A DNA stretch of 32,448 bases. It comes from Candidatus Sulfotelmatobacter sp. Its GTDB lineage: Bacteria; Acidobacteriota; Terriglobia; Terriglobales; Acidobacteriaceae. The stretch spans positions 1 through 32,448 of the forward strand of contig JASHRE010000197.1 in the NCBI GenBank assembly GCA_030037515.1, in the 5' to 3' direction. The notes below the pieces were generated by a model. That model was given only the letters and a program-made list of their open reading frames with translations. It was not told the origin of the DNA and ran no database searches. Positions within the stretch are counted from its first letter, which is position 1. Each line of letters opens with the position of its first letter. Both the position numbers and the translations under genes were made by a program. Below, piece by piece: positions 26,125 through 32,448 of this stretch.

Positions 26125-27060
26125 ATGAGACGTCGCTCCCCTTTTTGGCTCATAGCCTTGTTCCTTGGCGTTATTCCAACCAGCGGATGCCTGTTGCATC
26201 GCAGGCCGGTCGAAGACCGTTATTCCAAAGCTCCGCTCATGCAGGCGACCCGTCAACAATTAATCGACATCGTGAATCAACAGGCCGACTCGATCCGCTC
26301 GCTCAAGGCGACTGTCGACATCGATGCCTCCGCCGGCGGAATCAAAAAGGGCGAGATCACCGACTACAAAGAAATCCGCGGCTACATTCTGGCGCTCAAG
26401 CCGGGCGAACTGCATATGGTTGGACTCATGCCAATCGTCCGCACCACCGCCTTCGACATGGTCAGTGACGGAACCCAATTCAAGCTCTGGATCCCACCCA
26501 AGAACCGCTTTGTTGTCGGCCAGGAAAATGTCCCAACGCCCAACACCGACAAGCCGATGGAGAACATCCGTCCGCAGAACATCTACGATGCTCTGCTCAT
26601 CCAGCGCATCGATCCGGAGACCGAGCTCGCAGTTCTTGATGACAACGGCTTCGAGATTCTGCACGATTCCAAGGGACATCGCATTCTTCGGCCGGATTAC
26701 GAGTTGATTATCATCCTCAAGAACGGAAATAATCCGCGCCTGTCGCGCAAAATCGTCTTCGGCCGCACCGACCTGAAGCCACACCGCCAATACATCTATG
26801 GCCCCGATGGGAAGCTCGTCAGCGACTCGCGCTACGCGAACCACAAGGATTACGTGGGCATCAGCTACCCTTCGCGCATTGAGGTAAATTTGCCCCAGGA
26901 AGAATACGACTTTACCTTTAACATGCTGAAAGTCGAGGTCAACTTGCCACTGAACCAGGATCAGTTCGTGCTCGATCAGCCCCCGGGAGCGGAAGTGATT
27001 CACCTCGATCGTCCGCAGTCGAGCCTGGTGGAAGAGAAACGCCCCGAAGTGGTGCGTTAG
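26125..27060 (+). CDS. Lipoprotein with LolA/LolB-like (DUF4292-like) architecture
   Basis: MRRRSPFWLIALFLGVIPTSGC carries a lipobox. The rest is a beta-rich body with SLKATVDIDASAGG...GYILALKPGELHMVGL...DGTQFKLWIPPKN. The family call is from recall and tentative. Confidence 0.5.
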   Translation: MRRRSPFWLIALFLGVIPTSGCLLHRRPVEDRYSKAPLMQATRQQLIDIVNQQADSIRSLKATVDIDASAGGIKKGEITDYKEIRGYILALKPGELHMVGLMPIVRTTAFDMVSDGTQFKLWIPPKNRFVVGQENVPTPNTDKPMENIRPQNIYDALLIQRIDPETELAVLDDNGFEILHDSKGHRILRPDYELIIILKNGNNPRLSRKIVFGRTDLKPHRQYIYGPDGKLVSDSRYANHKDYVGISYPSRIEVNLPQEEYDFTFNMLKVEVNLPLNQDQFVLDQPPGAEVIHLDRPQSSLVEEKRPEVVR

Positions 27061-27085
27061 CTTTCGATCGCGTGTGTCGGGTTTT

Positions 27086-27120
27086 GTCATCCCGAGCAAG
27101 CGTTTTTCTTGCGCGGCAAG
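27086..27120. repeat. REP-like word GTCATCCCGA followed by GCAAG/CTTGC/GCAAG, allowing two mutually exclusive 5-bp hairpins, 42 nt upstream of the permease ATG
   Basis: GTCATCCCGA is at 27086-27095, GCAAG at 27096-27100, CTTGC at 27108-27112 and GCAAG at 27116-27120. Confidence 0.35.
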
Positions 27121-27161
27121 GAAACCGGTCAATCCGTGCAACCCGAATGTGACCAAGAATT

Positions 27162-28265
27162 ATGATTAACAAAATGGTGGTAGCCAATCTGGCCCATCGT
27201 CCTACGCGGTCGTTTATCGCGGCCAGCGCTATCGCTCTCGAAGTCACGATGATCTTGCTGGTGGTCTCCGTCTTCTACGGCTATCTCAACGGATCCAAGG
27301 AAAACCAGACCGACATCGGCTGGGATCTTATGGTTTATCCGCCGGGCTCGTCCATGTTCCTTGGCACCGGCGGAGCTCCGATTTCCATCAAAGTCGGCGA
27401 CGTGCTGCGACGCATTCCCAACGTGGGCGTCGCCGCGCCTGTGATCTGGTCCATCAACACAAAACCGTTCGAACTGATTTATGGGATTGATCTCAACAGC
27501 TACGAAAAGCTGATTCCTGGCTTCCGCGTCGTTGCCGGGACGCCCTTTCAATCCCCAAACGATGTCATCGTCGACGATTACTCCGCACAGATGAGCCACA
27601 CTCGAGTCGGCGACACGATCCAAGTCCTGAACAAGCCGTTTCACATCTGCGGCGTTGTTCCCCACGGCGTGGGAGGGCGAAAATTCATTCCCCTCGCAAC
27701 CATGCAGGAACTCCAGGGCGCCGAGGGCCACGTGTCCGCGTTCTACCTGAAGCTGGCCAACCCAAACGACCTCGCGCAGGTCACAAACGCAATCAAAAAC
27801 AGACCGGGCATGCAGCAGTACTCGGTAATCTCTCAGGAAGAATATTTGACGATGATGATGCCCGACAACATACCGGGGTTTAATGTCGCGGTTCGCATCG
27901 TCATCGGAATTGCGGTCGTCGTCGGATTTCTCGTGATTTTTCAATCGATGTACAACGCGATCATGGAACGCACACGCGAGATCGGGATCCTGAAATCGCT
28001 GGGCGCGTCGAAGCTTTATATCGTCAACGTGGTTCTGCGTGAGACCACGATCCTCGCCATCCTGGGAACCGCCGCCGGCATCGCGATCAGTTTCATCGTC
28101 CGGCACGTCATCCTGATCGAGCGCCCGGTCCTGCACCTGTTCTGGAGTTACCAGTGGGTTCTGTGGGCGACTCTGATCGCACTGCTGGGCGCGGTTGGCG
28201 GTGCACTCTATCCCGCCGTCAAGGCCGCCCGCCGCGACCCCATCGACGCCCTCGCCTACGAATAG
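27162..28265 (+). CDS. ABC transporter permease, FtsX/MacB/LolCE-type; no ATPase gene adjacent
   Basis: MINKMVVANLAHRPTRS, a large periplasmic loop, GILKSLGASKLYIV, and C-terminal PAVKAARRDPIDAL. Confidence 0.8.
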   Translation: MINKMVVANLAHRPTRSFIAASAIALEVTMILLVVSVFYGYLNGSKENQTDIGWDLMVYPPGSSMFLGTGGAPISIKVGDVLRRIPNVGVAAPVIWSINTKPFELIYGIDLNSYEKLIPGFRVVAGTPFQSPNDVIVDDYSAQMSHTRVGDTIQVLNKPFHICGVVPHGVGGRKFIPLATMQELQGAEGHVSAFYLKLANPNDLAQVTNAIKNRPGMQQYSVISQEEYLTMMMPDNIPGFNVAVRIVIGIAVVVGFLVIFQSMYNAIMERTREIGILKSLGASKLYIVNVVLRETTILAILGTAAGIAISFIVRHVILIERPVLHLFWSYQWVLWATLIALLGAVGGALYPAVKAARRDPIDALAYE

Positions 28266-28279
28266 CACGGTCCTCGTGT

Positions 28280-28411
28280 GGGGCGGACACTCCGGCCGCC
28301 CTTTCATATAGGAACAACCGCCACGTTCCCCGTGGCGGGATAGAGGCGAACTCGGCTGTTCGCGAATGTGCCCAGGGTGACCCCTCCTTGTCCCGCGTTC
28401 TGTGCGGGACA
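28280..28411. repeat. Cluster of four perfect palindromic hairpins (REP-like) between the permease and deacetylase genes
   Basis: GGGCGG/CCGCCC (28281-28301, followed by TTTCAT); CCGCCACG/CGTGGCGG (28318-28338); GCGAAC/GTTCGC (28346-28363); TGTCCCGC/GCGGGACA (28389-28411, followed by GGGCGGGGGTTTTGACTTT). Confidence 0.5.
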
Positions 28412-28471
28412 GGGCGGGGGTTTTGACTTTCTTACATGCTGTGCGCACTTTCGTTATCATCAAGTGCAAGA

Positions 28472-29470
28472 ATGCTCCCCTTCAAGCTCGTCTACAGCGA
28501 CGCCTATTACCTTCCCATCGGCGCGCACGTTTTCCCTGCAGAGAAATATCGCCGCATCCGCGATCGCCTGCTCTCGACCGGCGTCGCCGCCCGGGATGAT
28601 TTCATCGAGCCGCAACCCGCGACCGATCAGGACATCCTGCTCGTCCACAGGCCCGAATATGTCCAGAAATTAAAAAGCGGCACTCTGACCCCACGCGAAG
28701 AAATGGAAATGGAGATCCCTTACTCGCGCGAACTCGTGGAAGCCTTCTGGCTGGCCGCCGGCGGATCGATTCTCGCGGCCCAACTCAGCCTGAGCAATAA
28801 GGTCTCGATCAGCATCGGCGGCGGTTTTCACCATGCTTTCCCCGATCACGGCGAGGGCTTCTGCATGATCCACGATGTCGCGGTCGCCATTCGCCGTCTG
28901 CAGCGCGATGACAGAATCCGGACCGCCATGACGCTCGATTGCGACGTCCATCAGGGCAACGGAACGGCCGCAATTTTCGCCGGCACGCGCACGGCGAGTT
29001 CGCTGCTGCCCTCAGTTTCCAGTACCTCGCTGGCTCGTCGCGAAGACGCGCCCGTAGGCGGCAAGATGCGCCAAGCCCACGCCGGCGACGTCTTCACGAT
29101 TTCGCTCCATCAGCACAATAACTATCCCCTCTGGAAACCGCCCTCTTCGATCGATGTCGACCTGCCCGACGGTATCGGCGACGACGATTATCTCGCCTGG
29201 CTCGACAATGCGCTCAGCTCCGGCCTGCGCCAGTTCGAACCTGATCTGCTCTGCTACATCGCGGGAGCCGACCCCTACAGAGAAGATCAGCTCGGCGGAC
29301 TCTCACTGACAATCGAAGGATTGAAAAGACGCGACGAACTCGTCTTTCGCGTAGCCCGCACTCGCGGCATCCCCATCATGGTGACTTTCGCGGGCGGCTA
29401 CGCTCGCGACGTGGAAGACACAGTAACGATTCACACCAATACGATCCTGGCGGCAAAAGCGGCTGAGTAA
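28472..29470 (+). CDS. Histone deacetylase-family (arginase/deacetylase superfamily) protein
   Basis: Contains GGGFHHAFPDHGEGFCMIHDVAVA, DCDVHQGNGTA and YIAGADPY. ATG 28472 was chosen (MLPFKLVYSD...). Confidence 0.85.
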   Translation: MLPFKLVYSDAYYLPIGAHVFPAEKYRRIRDRLLSTGVAARDDFIEPQPATDQDILLVHRPEYVQKLKSGTLTPREEMEMEIPYSRELVEAFWLAAGGSILAAQLSLSNKVSISIGGGFHHAFPDHGEGFCMIHDVAVAIRRLQRDDRIRTAMTLDCDVHQGNGTAAIFAGTRTASSLLPSVSSTSLARREDAPVGGKMRQAHAGDVFTISLHQHNNYPLWKPPSSIDVDLPDGIGDDDYLAWLDNALSSGLRQFEPDLLCYIAGADPYREDQLGGLSLTIEGLKRRDELVFRVARTRGIPIMVTFAGGYARDVEDTVTIHTNTILAAKAAE

Positions 29471-29542
29471 AGACACTCGGTACCGACAATTTTTTCTGCC
29501 CAGCCGTAACCGAAGATCTCTTGCCGCGGATATATTCTGTAG

Positions 29543-30169
29543 ATGGATATTAAGGTTTCCGAGCTTCCGCATCGCGAGCTCTACAACATCCTCATCAGCT
29601 GCGTTGCGCCGCGCCCCATTGCCTGGGTTTCTACGCTGAGCCCCGCCGGACAGCCCAATCTCGCCCCGTTTTCTTTTTTCAACTGCGTTTCTGCCAAGCC
29701 TCCGCTGCTAGCCTTTTCCCCGTCCCTGCGCGCACCGCAAGAGCCAAGCACGGCCTCCAACGGCGAAGCGAAAGACACGCTGCGCAACATCCGCGAGACG
29801 AAAGAATTCGTCATCGGAGTGGTGACATACGATCTGCTCGAGCCCATGAACTTGACCAGCGGCGAATACGGCGCGACCGTCAACGAATTTGAACTGGCCA
29901 AGCTGACGCCGGCTCCGTCAAAGGTCGTGCGTCCGCCGCGCGTCGGCGAATCCCCCGTGAGTTTCGAATGCAAGCTGTATCAGATTCTGGAGTTTTCTTC
30001 CGCTCCCGCTGGCGGAGCGCTCGTCATCGGCGAGATCGTCGCCATTCACATCGACGACGCGCATCTCAAAGATGAACGCGTCGATCGCAACTCTCTCGAC
30101 CTCATCGGCCGCATGGGAGGCATTCAATACACCCGCACTCGCGACCGCGTCGAGCTGCCCCGGCCTTGA
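29543..30169 (+). CDS. Flavin reductase-like FMN-binding (split-barrel) protein
   Basis: Contains LYNILISCVAPRPIAWVSTLSPAGQPNLAPFSFFNCVSAKPPLLAFS and ESPVSFECKL. Confidence 0.8.
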   Translation: MDIKVSELPHRELYNILISCVAPRPIAWVSTLSPAGQPNLAPFSFFNCVSAKPPLLAFSPSLRAPQEPSTASNGEAKDTLRNIRETKEFVIGVVTYDLLEPMNLTSGEYGATVNEFELAKLTPAPSKVVRPPRVGESPVSFECKLYQILEFSSAPAGGALVIGEIVAIHIDDAHLKDERVDRNSLDLIGRMGGIQYTRTRDRVELPRP

Positions 30170-30446
30170 CACAGGCAGGGCCGGCGGCCCTCGGCTGTGC
30201 CAACGGCCCACACGGGCCGTCGACGGGGTACCCGCCCGGACTAAGCGGTTTTCGCAGGGTGAGGATCTTGACTTTGTCCCCATGCCGGGGTTCGCCCTCA
30301 GCCGGCTGCCCCCATGCGGCGCGCCGAATGGCGGTGACCGTCCGTGCCGCGAGCCAAGCAAGCACCAATTCTTTAGTAGGGACAGCCGCCGCGGCCCGGC
30401 GCGCCCGGTTTATTGGCGTGCTGGGGTGGAGATGCCCTCAGCCATC

Positions 30447-30467
30447 CGGTCGAGCAAAGCTCGACCG
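30447..30467. terminator. Perfect 9-bp hairpin CGGTCGAGC-aaa-GCTCGACCG, 9 nt beyond the CPBP gene stop
   Basis: Inverted repeat read directly. There is a weak T-run (GGGTTTG) on the plus side only. Confidence 0.4.
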
Positions 30468-30475
30468 CGGGTTTG

Positions 30476-31486
30476 TCAGGCGGCGCCGGCGTCGTTGATC
30501 AATGGAAATTTTCTACGCCGATAGATCACCGCAACCAGCAAAGCGATAAGTGCCTCCGACAGCACAACCAGCACGCTGCCCTCCGGCCCATCCGTCCCTC
30601 CCGTAAGCAGCAACGGTCCATGAAACGACGCATGCATCAGCGGATGCTGGAAAAAAACGCCACTGTCGGGTGTTCCGAACAAAAACGATTGTCCCCAATC
30701 CCAGGCCGCATGATTGCCGATCGCGAACCACAAATCTCCCGTGCGCCACAGGCTGAAGCACATGGTTATGCCGTCGATGAAAACCATGAAGATTCCAAAC
30801 TTGTTTTCGCCGGGATTTCCCAAATGCCCGGCCCCGAACATCAGGGAAAAAAACACTGCCGAAACCCAGAAGCTCCAGCTCCCCGGCAGCCGGCTCAATC
30901 CATCCGTCGTGACGCGCTGCACATATCCGCGCAACACGCCTTCCTCCGTGACTCCGGTGAAGAAAAACATCAGCGCCCAAATCGCGCCGTATTTCAGGAT
31001 CGCCCCTCCATGCAACTCAACCGAGCCAAAATCAACCCCCCCTGCCAGGTGCATGATCTCCAACTGCAAGGCCAGCGTACCCACCCCGATCGCCGCTCCA
31101 ATCCAGAAATTTGAGCCGAACGCGTTGCCGAGCGGCATGCCAAAGTAGCCCCACGGCTTGCGATCGACCCATTTCGCCGCGATCGCCGTCGCGATCACGA
31201 CCGCCAGCGCTCCAGTAAATTCATCGAAAAGAACCGGCCCCGCCGACATGGGAACTTTGGGATCGATCTTCGCGTGCAGCTTGTTCAACGGATGCAGGCC
31301 GACCGCGATCAGGGCAACCAGCAAAAAGAAAATCAGCACCTTCCAGCCGGCGCGAACGCCGCGTGGCCCGACGAAGATGCGATACCAAATCGATCGTTGC
31401 GGCGGGGCCTGTGGCGAAGATACCGCCGGAGTCGGCGGCGTTACCCCAGGTTGTTGCGAATCGAAGTTTTGCATTTCACGCGTCAT
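30476..31486 (-). CDS. CPBP family intramembrane glutamic endopeptidase (CAAX protease/Abi family)
   Basis: Multi-TM protein with TGVTEEGVLRGY (EExxxR motif 1), FGAGH (motif 2) and AIGNHAAWDW (motif 3). Confidence 0.8.
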   Translation of the reverse strand: MTREMQNFDSQQPGVTPPTPAVSSPQAPPQRSIWYRIFVGPRGVRAGWKVLIFFLLVALIAVGLHPLNKLHAKIDPKVPMSAGPVLFDEFTGALAVVIATAIAAKWVDRKPWGYFGMPLGNAFGSNFWIGAAIGVGTLALQLEIMHLAGGVDFGSVELHGGAILKYGAIWALMFFFTGVTEEGVLRGYVQRVTTDGLSRLPGSWSFWVSAVFFSLMFGAGHLGNPGENKFGIFMVFIDGITMCFSLWRTGDLWFAIGNHAAWDWGQSFLFGTPDSGVFFQHPLMHASFHGPLLLTGGTDGPEGSVLVVLSEALIALLVAVIYRRRKFPLINDAGAA

Positions 31487-31664
31487 AGAGAAGCCACCGC
31501 AACCGTTCCAGGCCGTTCACCTTCGTAACCAGTGTGCCACGGAAACCCCCTCCAAAACACGTCACCTGCCATGTTAGTTTGGTACAAAGCAAGGGGCGAA
31601 TGAGGGTTTCGTGAGAACTGAGGTCTGCGGCCCAACTTGGTCCCTTGCGCGGAACGTTTTGCGC

Positions 31665-32448
31665 GTGGAGGAAATCAGGCTCCACGCCTCGCGCCTGGAT
31701 TGCGTCGACGTCTTGCGCGGAATCGTCATGGTCGTGATGGCGCTCGACCATGTCCGCGACTATTTCTCTGCTCGCGGATTCTCTCCCGAAGATCTGGCCC
31801 ACACCTCCGGTCCGCTGTTCTTGACCCGCTTCATCACTCATTTCTGCGCCCCTGTCTTTTTCCTTCTTGCCGGCACGGGAGGATATTTGTCGTTGGCGCG
31901 CGGGAAATCCCTGCGCGAAATCTCGCGGTTTTATTGGACGCGCGGCCTTTGGCTAGCGTTTCTGAGTTTGACCGCCGTCTCCTATGCTTGGACTTTTCTT
32001 CTTCACATCTGGTTTGGGGAAGTGCTGTGGGCCTTGGGATGGTCCATGGTGGCCATGGCCATGATCGTACGTCTGCCGCTGCGCTGGATCGCGATCTGGG
32101 GCGTGGGCATGATCGTGGTTCATAACCTGCTCGACTGGATCGATGCCAAATCCTTCGGCAAACTCGCCGGCTTCTGGCTTTTGCTCCATGGCCACGGCTT
32201 TGTCTGGATTCTTCCCGGCAGAAACATATTTCTCATCGCTTTCCCTCTCATCCCATGGATGGGAGTCATGGCCGCGGGCTATGCCTTTGGCGCTCTACTG
32301 ACACCCCCCAATTGGAGGCAATCAGTACTCGCCCTAGGCGCGCTTTTGACTGTTTCTTTCATGATTTTGCGCATTTTTCATCTGTACGGCAACGGGCATC
32401 GTATCCTTCAGCCGTGGGCGGGAGATGCCGCGGGCTCCTGGCGAATCG
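31665..32448 (+). CDS. DUF1624 / heparan-alpha-glucosaminide N-acetyltransferase-like membrane protein; 3' end outside the window
   Basis: I hand-translated the frame to the window end and found no stop: ...RLDCVDVLRGIVMVVMALDHVRDYF...FITHFCAPVFFLLAGTG.... It is not in the ORF track because no stop occurs. The start is uncertain (GTG 31665 or GTG 31611). Confidence 0.7.
   Translation, partial: MEEIRLHASRLDCVDVLRGIVMVVMALDHVRDYFSARGFSPEDLAHTSGPLFLTRFITHFCAPVFFLLAGTGGYLSLARGKSLREISRFYWTRGLWLAFLSLTAVSYAWTFLLHIWFGEVLWALGWSMVAMAMIVRLPLRWIAIWGVGMIVVHNLLDWIDAKSFGKLAGFWLLLHGHGFVWILPGRNIFLIAFPLIPWMGVMAAGYAFGALLTPPNWRQSVLALGALLTVSFMILRIFHLYGNGHRILQPWAGDAAGSWRI

Noticed and set aside
27129-28469. 446-aa minus-strand ORF, the longest of many long antisense ORFs (others include 1958..2881, 12769..13611, 19122..19985, 26260..27156, 1124..1852, 21337..21879, 23271..24029, 14484..15122 and 6412..7020)
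   Set aside because: Each lies opposite a gene with clear family motifs. Their products are R/G/D/H-rich low-complexity sequences with no recognisable domains, the typical shadow ORFs of GC-rich DNA.
31525-31539. Sigma-54-like promoter TGGCAC-N5-TTAC on the minus strand upstream of the CPBP protease gene
   Set aside because: The invariant -12 GC is replaced by AC, and no enhancer-binding protein gene is nearby. A single near-match is expected by chance.
1-32448. CRISPR arrays, tRNA/rRNA genes, transposases/integrases, prophage or toxin-antitoxin modules
   Set aside because: No regularly spaced 25-40-nt repeats, no T-arm (GGTTCGAATCC-like) signatures, and no ORFs with recombinase, transposase or phage motifs were seen on either strand.

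Overview
GC-rich bacterial chromosome segment. By gene content and repeat types it is probably Acidobacteriota-like, but that is an inference I cannot verify here. The window is dominated by tightly packed housekeeping genes. Left to right they are: a truncated D-aminoacylase-like amidohydrolase; a minus-strand molybdenum-cofactor operon (moeA-moaC-[REC-DUF4388 response regulator]-mog); an orphan pilT; a secreted CarboxypepD_reg+TPR protein; a preQ0 cluster (queD-[decayed four-helix-bundle pseudogene]-queE-queC); a CocE/NonD S15 hydrolase; a DinG-family Fe-S helicase; der; an orphan exbD/tolR; tatA (58 aa, absent from the ORF track); maf; a 71-aa ORF; a LolA-like protein; a 150-aa membrane ORF; serS; a roughly 0.75-kb gene-poor gap; a small membrane protein; a PafA-like phosphatase; pyrD; ruvX; mltG; a LolA/LolB-fold lipoprotein; an FtsX-type permease; an HDAC-family deacetylase; a flavin reductase; a CPBP protease; and a truncated DUF1624 membrane protein. 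I found no rRNA, tRNA, CRISPR array, transposase, integrase or recognisable defence or toxin module. I cannot point to a clear multi-gene novel system. The things most worth a second look are non-coding or regulatory. They are (a) a 345-nt highly structured spacer upstream of moeA with mutually exclusive pairings, (b) two exact 10-mers plus a third block shared in the same order between that spacer and the unusually long serS upstream region, (c) a PATAN-type response regulator translationally nested inside the Moco operon near pilT, (d) a frameshifted Avd/23S-IVS-family pseudogene splitting the que operon, and (e) several short repeat arrays in promoter-sized gaps. All family calls come from motif recognition by eye. 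No searches or folding calculations were run.
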